DNA of 63,747 nucleotides, counting the filler, from Atractiella rhizophila (Eukaryota): assembly GCA_021432655.1 (NCBI GenBank). It is 3 parts of 3 records of this genome, joined end to end, with 100 filler letters (N's around TTAATTAATTAA, not from the genome) between each part and the next. Parts side by side here need not be neighbours in the genome. Positions count along the whole stretch, not along the records: positions 28,298 to 56,427 come from MU271736.1; 2 more parts are not named here. One strand, written 5' to 3'. The first letter of the stretch is position 1; the number at the start of each line of letters is the position of its first letter. Positions 37,284-50,624 of the stretch are shown piece after piece. The translations under genes were made by a program, and so were the position numbers. The notes under the pieces are model-generated. The model was not told the DNA's origin and made no database searches. It saw nothing but the letters and a program-made list of their open reading frames with translations.

Positions 37284-39783
37284 TTAACCGTGAGGATGAT
37301 GAAAAGGTAATGGTAGAGGCCTCTGAATGCTAGGTTGAGGAGGTAAACCGTGAGGCGTCGGTGGCCCTGCATATCCCTGGAAATGAGAGGTCGGTTGGGC
37401 AGGAGGAGGGGACATCATCCCTTGATGATAATCTGGGAACGACTGCTGCTGAAACTGTTGAGGAGGGGGATAGGAGTGTTGATGATGTGGAGTAGGAGTA
37501 GGGGAAGGTTGAGGAGGGCCATAGGAAGGGTTATGTCCTTGAGGTGGGTGAAAAGGTTGATTGTGCTGCTGCTGTTGTTGAGGCGGAGGAGGAGGAAAGG
37601 ATTGGAACATCTGTTGATTCTGTATCGGAGATTGACGTGGGTAATAGGGTTGTTGTCCAGGCCCAGGAGTTGGAGTTGAGGGAGGAGGGATGAACGGAGC
37701 AGGCGTGGATGAGGGCAGATACGGTTGCTGGAACTGAGACGGATGTGGTGGCGGCCCAGGAGGACCAGTTGCAAACTGCGACGGTTGAGGCGGTGGTCCG
37801 TTCGCGAATTGGGGAGGCTGTGGAGGAGCAGGTCCGTTAGAGAACTGATGTAGAGGAGGTCCATTCACGAATTGGCTCAGCTGTGGAGGCGGTGGCGGAC
37901 CATTGGCGAACTGTCCCTGCTGAGGAGGGGCACCATTGGCGAATTGTCCGGGCTGAGGAGGGGGACCATTGGTAAATTGTCCGGGCTGAGGAGGAGGGCC
38001 GTTGGGGAAGTGTGACTGGTAAGGCTGCATTTGCGGTGTGGACGAAACGGATGGATGTTGGGCGAAGGTCGAAGGTGGAGGTGCATTGCCGTGTGCATTC
38101 CATCCCCCTCCTCCATCATCTTGATGCTGAGGAGGTAGAGGAGGAGGAGGTCCAGCCCATCCACTGTCTTGATGATGAGGGGGTGGACCTCCAGTTTGCG
38201 GCTGGAAGTGCGGCTGAGTGTGCATCATTGAACCGTGCTGTTGATGTCCATGTGCAAACGGTACTGGCGTCTGTGACGGCGCCGGCGCCGGCGCGAAGGG
38301 AGGAGGAGTTGGAGCATAGCCTTGAGCCGGAGGGGGGGTAGGGGCATAGTTCTGCAGATGATGAGGGGGACCAGGTGGTGGGAATCCTTGGGGTTGAGAA
38401 GGTGGAGGAGCACCCCATGGTTGTGCCTGTGGCATGACCTGAGAATATGCAGGATCGGGGAGCGGCCTTCCTGTTGTCCCAGGACGTTGAGACATATCGT
38501 TCCCTGCATACGCATTGAGGGAATCAACAGAATGGGAATGTGACAACGGCCCCCCTGGATGTGGATTCGGATGCCCACCGTACTGTTGCTGCATTTGTTG
38601 GTGAGCGGGAGGAGGGGTCGGTTGAGGAGTGCTCATTCGGTGTATAGGATAGGGATGCGGAGATGGAGCTTGTGCTTGAGGCGGTGAAGGTTGAGGTTGG
38701 GCATGCCAACCATTTTGCAAGGTCTGCGGGAGGGAGGTTGGAACGCTATTCTGCTTCGTTGGTGCCGGAGGAGGGAGCGGTTTATCAAGGCTCAAGGCTG
38801 ACAATGGCCTTGTCAGGATGGACGAGATATCGGCAGGATGAGAAGAGGAAGAGGAGCGACGGGGCGGTAGTGTAGGTTTGCCGCCACCTGCATTAAGTGG
38901 CGTCGGCAGCGCTCCCAAGTGAGCTGACATACGCCGGTTCCCCCCCGCTCCAGCAGAACCACCACCGGGAAAGAGAGACGGAGGAGGAGGGAGCGGTTGG
39001 TCCTGCTGGACTACAGGAGCGTTGGACCATCGTGGACGGAGAGAACTTGGGACATCGGCACTCGTACGGTGTGGACTGGAGGATTTGGACGGCGCTGGTA
39101 CCTTTGCGGGATTAAGAGGTTGCCATTGACCCTGTCGTCCCGATCCTACTCCAACAGTTGAACTGGGCGAAGGAGACGGCGTGGCCTTCTTGTGTGAAGG
39201 TGGAGGTTCCGCGTTCGAATAGAATGTCATCTCCATGTAAACCTCTCCACAAGGCTTCCCCTTATTCTTGATCGGCACCCAATCATCGAATTCTCCCTTC
39301 TTTAAAGTGGGTCCGATATCCAATGTTCCTTCTCCAATCAAGTCAGGATCGCGCGTGTCGTCGGCATAGCAGGCGATCTTGAGCAATCGATTGTTCCTTT
39401 CCTTCCTCAGCTCCTCTCCACTCTTTCTCTCCTTCGTCCCAATCTCTGAAACAGACGACGTGTTCCCCACGCCTCCTTTCCCATTGATTGATACCCCACC
39501 CTCTTCGAAAGCCTCTTCCAGATCCTCCCAAATGTCGAACCGAAACTCCTCATCCCACACAGGGTGCTGTCCTCCTCGTTTGTCTACTTTCGTCTTTTTG
39601 GATATTGAGCCGTAGGAAAGTTGACAGTAGGGATCTTGTTTTCCGATCTTTTGCTTGTTGGGGAGATTGCGCTATTCCAATCCCAATTGCTGTCAAAACA
39701 CTACTGTGGCAGTTGGAGAGAGGGAAGAGACGAACAGCTTTGATAGGTATGACCACGATCGTTCCTAGCATTTTAGGCGCCAT
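37284..39783 (-). CDS. C2-domain cytokinesis/ingression protein (Inn1/Fic1-like) with a long Pro/Gln-rich tail
   Basis: LGTIVVIPIKA, NLPNKQKIGKQDPYC, KTKVDKRGGQHPVWDEEFRF, GEVYMEMTFYSN, followed by a PXXP-rich region. Confidence 0.85.
37730..38003 (-). repeat. Coding minisatellite: about 8 degenerate ~33-nt units (NGPPPQPGQF[AT])
   Basis: Repeating units are visible in both the translation and the DNA (aattgtccgggctgaggag...). Confidence 0.8.
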
Positions 39784-40103
39784 GATGTACAAGCCTACTA
39801 GCGCTGATAGCTCGCCACTACTGCAAGTGTTTGCAACCCCAATAAAAACAAAACGCGAATTACCCCTGCCTCCACTGTGGATGAACAATGACGGCGCACC
39901 TGGACAGCTACCTCCTGAATTATTTTGCAGGAATTCTTGACCGATACTATTGTCTGACAATGTCACTCTTGCTGGTCTTGCTGAGAGAGGCTGAGCTGCT
40001 GTTCCTAAGCTGTCGAAAATCCGTGCCTTTAACTTCGTACTTCGTCGTTACTCGCTGCGGTTGAGTGAACGCCTGCACAGATCTCTCAGCGACCAAGGAA
40101 TAG

Positions 40104-41140
40104 ATGTCAGCGATGGCCTCCTCTCCCCTCCCAGCCGAGGCTGCCTCCACCCAGATATCCACTCCAGCAGCTGCCGACTCGAATCAGGCAGGCGGCCATA
40201 AGCTGGCGATAACGGAGCGTGGGGCGTTCGTGGATAAGCTGACGCTCAGGAGAGAACGTGATTTCTATGAGGTTCTCTGTCCTTCCTTAGAGAAACAGCA
40301 TGGCATTAAACTGCTGGGAGAATGGGTGCCTGCTTATGGCGGAATTTCAGAAGAAGGAGAGAAAGTGGAGGGGAAGGAGGTCCGTTCCTTTCTTTCGATA
40401 TTCCAATCAGTTATCTATATGAAGTGCGGTGTTGAAATTCACGCGATGGTTGGATGGGGAGTAGAAGTTGGTTTTGGAGAGCCTGGTCCATGAGTTTCTT
40501 CGACCAAATGTCCTGGACGTGAAGCTCGGCGTTCAGTTTTGGGACGAAGACTCCAGTGCGGAGAAGAGGGAGAGGATGGATAAGGAGACTAAGCGGACGA
40601 CATCTGGGACTACCGGTGTACGGTTCACAGCGTTCCAGGTGCGTCCTCCTCTCCTCACTCCATCCTCTCTCTCTTCCGCTTCAGCTTATTGTTTGTGGAT
40701 TAATCTGTTGTTGGAAGGTCTGGAATGCATCCGAACAGAAAGTGGATCGCGTAGATAAGACATATGGGAAGACGATCAAACCAACCGATCTCCCATCTGC
40801 AATCCGTCGCTTTTTTCCAATCCCTTCTTCTTCCTCATCTCCCCTGTTGTCAGTCGTCCGTGACTTCATCTCCCGCCTTCAAGAATTCTATTCCCTGTTG
40901 GAGCGTTTAGAGATCAGAGTACGCGGAGGGAGCTTGCTGTTTGTTTACGAAGGAGATGAACAGGCACTTCGCATTTTGAGGGAGAGCGGACAGAAGGGCT
41001 GGCAGCTCAGGATGATTGACTTCGCTCACGCTCGCACCATCCTCGATGGGGAAAGTGGACCCGATGAGGGGCTATTGATGGGTGTGAAAACACTTATTAA
41101 GTTGTTGAATGAGTGGGTGTTGGAGGTCGAGGCACTTTGA
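40104..41140 (+). CDS. Inositol polyphosphate multikinase (IPK family, Arg82/Ipk2-like), 3 exons
   Basis: QAGGH; PNVLDVKLG (PxxxDxKxG); SLLFVYEGD; MIDFAH; DEGLLMG. Confidence 0.9.
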
Positions 41141-42467
41141 CGATAAAGATGGATTCTGTAAATTGGCTGCAGAGGGAATTGTTAAATAACTGACAGAATG
41201 TTGAAATTACATTGCAAGTGTACAAGAGTTCTTTAAATCCATCCTCCTCTACCATTTGACTTTAGAGAGAGGTCCCTGATTACGACCGCTGTCTGCAAGT
41301 AGCGTGTTCTCCTAACAATGGAAATGCTGCGAGTAAATGTAAATGTGGTTAATGCTGTGCCTCTTTCCTCGGCCACACAGTGAACATTGTGTCCCTTGTT
41401 CAGTGAGACTGGAAATTAAAATTATTTGAATGGCTACAATTTTAACTCGTTTCAACAGCATACCATATTGGAAAAAGTTGGGACATTGCTTGGGCCGACA
41501 TCGGCTACCAGGAAGTTCTTTCTCTATAATGAGAAAGCAACGTCAAACAATATTAATATCAATTGAGAATATAGTATTATATTTGCTCGCCGAATGTTAC
41601 TCACGAGAAGAAACGAGGTTGAAGCACTAGATGGTTTCATTCAGGTTGTTCGAACGTAAAATAATTTTCTCCCGTCATTTTGCAGCCGTGCCTTTTGGAT
41701 GAAGTATTGAAGATGCAATACACCCATTAGAGCCGTGATTGATTTACGGAAAGAGAACAAACAATAAGGTTTCTGTCCTTAGCAAAGCGCAACAATCAGG
41801 GCAGAATCCAGACCAGGGGGTCAGTTGGTGGCTTCGATCCTTCGGTATTTCAGCAACATTCAAGCTATTAACTCTGATATCCCCAAAATCTTGAACAGAA
41901 TATTGCCTCTACGTTCTGTTCTACTGAAACAGATGGTTATCTGAGTGAGCGTCTCCAATGCCAAAGGCCAGTGCAACTATAGAATGATTGTTCACAATAA
42001 TCGCAATAATTGTTGACAATAGAGTGCGAGGGGTACAATAGGCTGGCAGGGAATTTTAAGAATATAGTAATAGACAAAAATTCAAAGACAAAAGGGTGAT
42101 GAGACGTCGTGTTTAGGCTGAGAAGTCGAAAAATATTGGTCCTCACGTGATCAAGCGCTTACTCCTTATGTCTACGAATGCATCGGGCGGGTGTCAAGTG
42201 TTTCATAGCGTCCATGAAGTAGAAACCTCTCTACTTTATTCTTCCAACTCGGATACTTTCCCGTTAGCGAAATTCCCACCACACGGATATTAGCATAATA
42301 CCACTTTTTCGGTTTAATCGCGTTTTGTTGGTGTGGCCATGTCCAATAAACGCGAGCGCAACGAGTTTGATAATATCGACCCGTACCTACTCTTAATAAG
42401 CAAGAAACCGCGTCTTCGAGGTTCATTGGATGATCAAACGTACGTTATTCTACTTTAGGGACAAGGG

Positions 42468-44244
42468 ATGGCAAAGGTCCTCACTTTTTTTTGACCAGGC
42501 CTTCAGACGCTTCCATTGGTATCCCCAACACGCCCTTCAACTTATCTGGTGACGCTACGTTGGCCACTGTGGCACCTATTCCTCGAAAGGCTAGTCGCAG
42601 CAACACTATTCTCAGCGTTGACTCCACAGCCGAATTGTCCACATATCCTGTGATCTCTAGCCCATACTTGACAGGGAATGAGTTTTCGACCGTTACCGAC
42701 GCGATTGCGCACATCAGGGAATGGAAGTAAGTTTCTAACGCGTAACGCACTTAATATACACCTTTCTCACATCCGTTTCATAGCTCGAAGAGTGGGAAGA
42801 ACAATAGCTTACTTTATCCTTGTACTCCACCAGAGCAGGCTATGCTGTAAGTTACATCAAACTCTTTGTATCGAGAGATTGATTGCTTCTCAGAATCGCC
42901 GCTCTTTTGATGATTCCTACAACATTCTCGCAGAAACATCAGAACTTCACTTCCCGACATGCCGGTTCCACGATTCAACCGTTGGTCAACACCATCAATG
43001 AATTGTTCAGACTGCCTGTCCTTGACCTCAGTGCCCTTGATCCACTTATGGCCTTTGCGTGGCACCATGCGGCACCAGGTAAAGGTCCCACCCTCTCGAA
43101 GAACAGGGCCGCGAAGGACGCTCCTGCTTGGCGCCTGAAGAAAGGTACCACCGATGATATCTGCGATAGCGATCAAGGAGAAGTAAAGATCTTGAAACGG
43201 TTGGTGAGGGCCTTGGAAGACGAGCGGAAGCGTAATAACCAGGACGCGATGGTTGGTAACATTTCCAGGCATTGGCCCGGTACGTCACTTCTTAACTTTT
43301 TGTGCTATTTTCTTGCGTCATTTACAGCTGTTGCACAGGTGAAGACAGCCTTGCTACCACAATTTATCGTTCCGGGCCGGAAGAAGGTACGCCGTTCGTT
43401 ATCTAATCTGTCAGGGCTAACTAGGTACCTAGCTATAAAAAAGGCTCACAACCCGTCTCTTCTATTCAAACAGACAGTTTACGGCCACGTATGGACTATT
43501 CTTCGACTCGTCGGAGGAAGGATTGTGCGAGATTCCGCGGTGCATCGCTTCTTGAGACATCTAGTCGATGCTTCGTTTTATGTAGGTGGCGGTGGCAACC
43601 GGGACGCGGAATGGAGTAAATGTAAGGACAACGTTATCGTATCAGGCTTCAAGATTGCCGATTTTTACAATGGCGCATTCCATGTCTTGTCAGGAATGCT
43701 TTATGGTCGCTTTGGAGGTGAATCCTTTCGTTACCCCAGGCTATAGAACTCAGCTAAAGCTAGTGGATGTGCAGTGGACTGTTTGAGCAGGAAGAATCAA
43801 CCAAAATCTAGTGCTCAAGTTCAACATCGACCGACTGTCAGGGAGCAGAGCGTACATGGACCGATTGTTCAACAGGAAACCGTTTGCGTTCAGTCCATGA
43901 CCAATGATCTTTCTCCATCCCCTAGCCAAAACTCCCCTTCAGCTCCAGCATCCCGTCCTCTCTCAACTGTTCCCGTCAAAACCGATGCCGATGTATTTCA
44001 GTCGGAGCAGGACGAATATTCGAGGGTGGGGGATGAGATCTTCGATGATGAGCTCCCCGAGCAAACCGACGGTGCTATGTCCCTGTTAGAGCGATTCGAG
44101 TTGGTTGATTGGCTCCAACACGTCCCGGAGGAAGGAGAAGAGGTTTCTGCTTCTAGTCTCCAGCGATGCTACGAGTACTGTAAGCGATCCAAGATCCCCC
44201 TTCTCGACGTCGACGATGAGTTCAACGTCACATTCCGCAACTGA
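42468..44244 (+). CDS. Hypothetical multi-exon protein, no recognised family
   Basis: Chain of + strand ORFs (42491-42730, 42883-43746, 43774-44244) separated by intron-like segments; exon structure uncertain. Confidence 0.4.
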
Positions 44245-44726
44245 GCGGAGTCCCCCAAAGGAGATATATTCTTCGGATTTGTTCAATAGGAGTTTTCTTC
44301 AATGAGCAGATACCTTCAACGATAGGGTCTGTTGGCGATAAAACGGACTTTGACTCGGAATATACTATGGATTTGTCTAGGGATTTGTGAAATGATTTGG
44401 AGTGCTTGTTTCGTATCTGTTGACTCATTCCTGTTTGTCATCATGATGATATCATGCAAAATATCAATTCATGGAACGCATTTTTGTGCCTACAATGTAG
44501 TTTAGCTACTTGATTGTTGGAACTAAAAGCTTGCACCATTGAATCTCAAACCTGTGTGCGGAAGGAACTAAAGGAGGTGGAGGAAAGAGGGATGCATATT
44601 TAGCTATAAGGGGTCAAAAGACAGGTCGGTATATTGCACAGATATATTTGTGGTCGTGTCAGGTGATTTAAGAGAAGAGAGAGACCACAAGATTCTATAA
44701 GGCAAGGTCAGGTTGTAGCAGATATA

Positions 44727-47294
44727 TCATGCGTCAGAGGTCATCTTCCATTCCGCCTTTCTAATCGCCTGTGCCAAACCCTCCTCCTGTTCCTGCAAAT
44801 AGACACCGATCGCCAATGCAAGTTCTCTCTCCCGCGGTGCAATCTTCACATATGGTCCCCAAACTTCCCCTTTCGTCGGATGGATCGCGCAGAAAAAAGG
44901 TATCAGCCTTTTCGCAAGCTCTGTTGCGGTTGACGGAGGGAGAAGCGAGGGAGGCGATTTTGCGAGGAGGTGAATGAATACGAGAAGGGACTGCGTCATT
45001 GTGTGAGACAAGATGTTGCTTATCAAGAGAGAGGTTCTTACCTTCGTTAACGGAGCGTTGGAAGCGCCAAGTTCCCATAGCCAACGAGGAAGAGAAAGTA
45101 CCCATTCTTGTAAACCAGCTTTTGTCTCTTTCGCTAGATATCTGAACGAGAACTCTCCTTTGAAACCCCAGCGCCCTTGCAGCTGTGGGACCATACAGAC
45201 GACTAAGCGTTTTCAATCAAGGGAATATACGAAAGCAAGCGCACCATCCACGTGGCCTTGATGAATTCGAAACCAACTACTTTCGCTCCGCTCGTTTTGC
45301 CCGAAAGCTTGAAGTTTTTCAAAACAGAGGTCAACGTATCATCCCTCGTTCGCAATGCGGAAGACGTGGAAATAAGACCCCATAGAGTGAGAAGCAGAGA
45401 GGTATATTCTTCTTTTGATAAGAGTGTTTCCTGTTCTCATTCATTGTTACATGATGAGTTTCCCGTTCCGCAGGGGACAGACTTGAGACACAAACCTGAT
45501 CCTCAAGTATCCTCTTCACGAACTCCCTCACACCATCCAGCAATGCATCCACCTTCTCTCCACCTTCAACCCTCTTCCTCTTCTTCCCTACCTCCACCTT
45601 CTCTCCAACTTCCTCTCTGCTGGTTTCTCCAGCATCCCTCATGGCGAAAGCCAACGAGACCAGCTCTGCGTATGCAAGGTCACACTCCCTCCTCTTTTCC
45701 TTTTCTGCTGCAGTTACACCTGCTTCCGCGGAAGGAAAGTATGCTCCCGCGCGAAAACAAAAGCGCTCCAACTCATCCCGAAGTTTTTTCTTCTCTTTAG
45801 CTCCATTTTCAACGGACAAGTCACAACAAGCGGCTCGATAAATTAACCGAGCACAGCGCATGATCTCGAGGACAATATTAAAGTGTATTCCACTCGCACT
45901 CGTGGAGGACGACGAGGACAAAATGAGTGGTAGGTGTTCGAGCAAAGTACTGTGGAGGCAAGGTCCCAGGAGAAGAGCAAGTTCGAGCTTGGTGCTTGGC
46001 ATGGTGCTGGTCTGGATGGTCGACGAAGAGGACGGGTAACTGAAACTGTTCCATTCTGCATCTGCAGAAAGCAAAGGATGCGATATTCCCCCCGATCCCC
46101 TCCCTAAGACCTCTACCGAAGGTTTGAGTGATACCTCTACCTCTCTCTCAGCTTCGACACCTGCCATAGCCCGGTTAAACGCATCGTAAGCTCTGTTGCT
46201 GTTGAATGAAGGTCGGAGAAAATCCATTCGCCTCTCATTTTCGTCCGTCCTTCTTTCCCCTTCCAGTACCTCCTGTAGGTACAGAGTGAGCGCACTCAGC
46301 ACTGTCAGCCTCGCTTGAGGGTTCAATTCAACTCCAAAACCCGGCGTCGTCCCGCTACCAACAGATGTGGAGGTGGAAGTTGTATGAGGTGTTCTCACAC
46401 CAGCCAGTCCTAATAGCCCTTCCAGCACCTTCGGTCCCCAAAGAGTGTTGGCGCCATCTGCAAAAGCGGAGAACAAGCCACGAGTCGCATGTTGTCTTGT
46501 TGCGGAAGACGTAGAGGAGAGAACGGAGCGGAGGATATTAACAGCATCAAGTTTAGGTTGAAGTGAAATGTGGGAAGTCGTCAAAATTGAATGCCTGATA
46601 ATTGGATCGAGTATCGCCTGGTGAGAACCACTGTGCCTGTCAGTGATGTCGTTCTGAGAGGCATGAGAAAAGAGTTTTGCGCACGGGAGGGATTCCAGCC
46701 GGCGAGTTTTCCACCAGCGCTTCAACGAAGGAATGCACTTTAGAGCGCACGACGGACTCGCTGGCACCAACAAGGCGAGCGATTGGAGTGACGACAGACA
46801 GGAGGACTTCACCGTACTGAGCGTCAGAAGCTGAGTCAAAAGGCAGGGTTTTCAGTATTTGGGTTAAACTGTGTACCGCATCTAAGCGAGTTCGTTAGCG
46901 ACGCCAGATACGAAAGATGCTGGACTAACCTTTACGTGTTGAGGCATTTGGGTGATTAAGGTGGGCAAGGAGGTCGGGAAGCTGCTGCGCTCGAGATGTT
47001 GAAGGGAGACTACCAAACGGAGTGGAGGTCGAGTGTATGGGTTTAGATATAGACTGCAATGGGAGGGTTATAGCTACGTTCAAGATGAGCGAATGAACAC
47101 TTCCGAAGCGAACAACGCACCCTTAGCCCTGAATGCAGTGCTGGTAGCATTCGAAGCTTGTTGCTTCCCTTTACCAACTTTTAATTTAGATTTCTTTCAA
47201 AACGAGACATTGTCAGAACCAATCCAAGCAGACGTTATTGGACGCTCACGGTAAAATCGCCGGCTTGTGTTTTTTGCTTTTTACTCTTTCCCAT
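44727..47294 (-). CDS. IPI1: Pre-rRNA-processing protein Ipi1/TEX10 (Rix1 complex)
   Basis: N-terminus MGKSKKQKTQAGDFT|KSKLKVGKGKQQASNATSTAFRAK; C-terminal WVLSLPRWLWELG and LIPFFCAIHPTKGEVWGPY. Confidence 0.85.
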
Positions 47295-47903
47295 GTCTCC
47301 TCTTATAAAGTTTCACTACCTAACTACTTCCCTGTCGAAAGCTTTATCAGTCTGTCCACCACAATTGCCGACGCTCTGGTCCTTTGCTATTTTGTTCTGG
47401 CTGATGATGGAAAAGTTATTGTGAGTCAGGATAAGGTACCTTTTTCCGACCGTGGACTGCAGAGCCTTTCTTTTGGGCAGGAAAGTTGAGAAAAGTTCAG
47501 TTCAGACGGATGATTGTGGTCTCGTAGTCTGGGATGTTTCTCGGCTTACTTTCATCATCGATGACTTGCTGGAGGACATGTTGGTTGGTGGATTCCTTCT
47601 TCCAAGTCGAGTTTGCTGGCAAACTCTGTTGTGCATATGTTTACACTTCCCGTCTTTTCAAAGACTCCTCAGAGCTGCCATCACCTTTAAACCGGTTTCG
47701 ACCCTATCAGCGCTACTCTGTGGTCCCTCTGCTCAGCGTAGCTACTGTGGATGGGGTAGGCAATCTCAAATACAGCATGAGGCTCCGACGCGAAAACGAA
47801 AACGCGAGCACCCATTAGGTGTCTACACAAAGAGGGGAGTAATTCAGACTTTGCATATAAACGGAATGTACGGGAGGTTGTCATTATCTTCTTACTTTGA
47901 TAA

Positions 47904-49914
47904 TTACCACCCATTCAGCTCCCTCCCAACACACGCCTGACAAGAAAATACACCTAAAGGATCCCTGGAACGACGTTAGCTCAACTTCCTAGTAGGAACC
48001 TTTAAGAACCAACCATTTCTTCTTTATGCTTAAGAGATTCGGGTAATTTGATCCCCAAAAAACGTCAGGGAATTCTGGATCGAAAGCATCAGCTTCATTG
48101 AGATATGAACCCAGGCCGTTGAAGTTAGCGTCAAGCGTAGCCGTCTGGGTCCTGATCTTGTTGATGAAAGCGTTCCTGTCATCTTGGGTTGCGCTGGACG
48201 TCCATCCCGTTCCGGAAACGATGTAGTGCCAGTCTGCGGTGGTTCGCCAAGCAGGATGAATCGCGGTGTCAGATGCAGAGACCGATTTTACAGCTCCGTT
48301 TGCAACTAAACACTGTAAATCGGCAAACGAGAGAGTGAAGCACAATTGACTAACCAAGATTAATGCTTGCAACGTCGAGAGAGAGGGAAAAGTTAGCGAG
48401 TTCAGCGGCGCGGTTGGCAAATATGTCATTCGAGAGTAGCCTGGAAGCGGCAATGCCTGCACTTCCTCCCTATGACAATCAACACGATATGATTAAGACT
48501 GTTTAGAACGATACCTGGGTTCCGGTTATGGTGTTATAATAGGTGATATAGTTTGGAGCGGTGAAATTAGTAAAGGTGTAGTTTGTGGTGGTCGAAGAGG
48601 CAGGTAAATCAATCGTCGATTTCAGAAAGGTGTAGTCGTCAGGAGTAGGATTGATTTTGACGGCTGACAAACTGACGACACGTCCGAAAGCAACAGAAAT
48701 CGAGCCGGCCCAAGAATTTTCTGCTAACACAGCGCCAGCTTTCAAAGTGTAACCATGTCAGAAAATGGCGTGTAGGACAAAAGTATCGACAGACCTTGGA
48801 ACACTTTCGTCAAATCAGGAAGCAAGTTATTTGGAGAAGTCCCTTGATATGCTGTGATGCCAACCAACAAAGACAATTGAGGACGGGTGATATAAGTTGC
48901 GGAAACGACAACGCCGAAAGTTGAGCCACCACCGCCTCTCAAAGCGAAGAACAGGTCTTGATTTTTGTATTTGTTGGCTTGAACAATTGTTCCTGCAGCT
49001 GTGACGACAGTAAATTCTAGGACGTTGTCAATCGCGAGTCCGTATTTGGGAGCCAGACTCGAGTGGCCCCCGCCCAACAAATAGCCTCCAGCAGCACAAA
49101 CAGTCCTCGCCTGCCCTCCAACAACGGTAACATTCTTTGCGGCTGCAGCGGCGTACATATCCTCCAAGCTCACGCCAGCGCCAATTGTGATCGCTGGAAC
49201 AGGAGTGCTGCTGCTGGGAGCTCCACTTTCGAGGAAGGCGTCAACGACATCAATGGATTGGAGGTTATGCGTCCAGATGGAAAAGGAGCCTTCTCCGCTC
49301 GATCTCCCAAGAAGATCATGGCCTGTTCTGCTTCAACACTTATCTCGTGGTACAAGCTAAACGGTCACGCACCGCTGCATTTGACTCGCAGTCTCAAGTT
49401 GCGGGTGGCTGCGAAGAGCACACCTGATAAAGTGTCAAATCGTATGACAGACTTTGGAGAGACACAGACCCTTCTGGACATCCTCAGCAGTAGTTGCAGC
49501 CAGTCCGTACACAGGCACCAGACCTTGCTCGCAAACTTGGTCTGCAGCTGTATCTATGAAGCAGGTACTGTTGCCTTGCTCCCAATACGTGCTGCGCTCC
49601 ACATTTCATCAAACTTCCTTCTTTGACATGTTTACTCACTCGAAATATGCGCCGGGAAGGCTCGATCGAAATTTAGTAGACGTGAAGTTCTGCTTAGCCA
49701 GATTGCAAGCGACTTCGTCGAAACCTGAGGTCCCGTTCCCGTTATTGTGGCAAGGGGCCGGAAGAGGTCTGGGGACAAGGAGCTTTCCATCTATGGTTTC
49801 GTTGAACTGTGACCACTCGCTGGTGCTTGGCCAACAGGACGTGTCTAAGGAAGTACAATACTTCTTTCCATAGACAGCAGGGAGAAAAGAGGCAACCCAG
49901 AAGAAGAGCAACAT
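47904..49914 (-). CDS. Secreted FAD-linked oxidoreductase (FAD_binding_4 + BBE domain)
   Basis: Signal peptide; CWPSTSEW; GHDLLGRSSG; VCAAGGYLLGGGHS; DLFFALRGGGGSTFGVV; SYLNEAD; FWGSNY; DPLGVF. Confidence 0.92.
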
Positions 49915-50624
49915 TGGCTAAATCGATGAATGGCGAACTAGAGGAACGAAGTTGATGAAGAGCGGACACGCTGACAGCTACGCAATTTTATACCCACTAG
50001 AAGTTTCATCAGTAGCTGATGAGGTTTCTTTCGCCCACGGTCCTAATAGTCTTAATGGGGTCATGCCAACGCCGAAGCAACTCTTCGGCGCGCAAGCACT
50101 ATAACAAAATGATGGACTCAGGACCGGCACCCATCCTGGGCAATACAAACATATAGAGGAGGACCTCTTAGCTTGATGAATTTAGATGTAGGCTCTAGCT
50201 GATGCGGCTTGTGTTGATCACAGCCTGTGATCGGGTTTGTCGAGGAGCTCTCGAGCGCGGCAAGGAGATGAAAAGAGGCGTTCTCTTGCATGACTGGATG
50301 AGCGCTGTGACGCGCGAGTAACTCGCTTGATAGCTCAAGCGCGCAAGAGTGAGCTCTTTAAAGGTCTGAGTCAAGGAGCTACACATCGAATTAAGGAGAG
50401 CTATCGCTCTAGGCAGAAAACCGCACAATACGCAATGTTACTTACTTGCACGCCGGCAGAACGTGACATGACGCCTCCTGCCCTAAGCCAGCCTTAGGCA
50501 CTTCTACGCCTGCTCTCCTTTAGGATCATTTCCAGGCAGTTTTGACCTCGTCGATTGTTTATTCTCGTATTTCTCTTGTTCTTTTCGGATCCGTTGAAAC
50601 GGCATCTGCGATCAAAGCACGACC

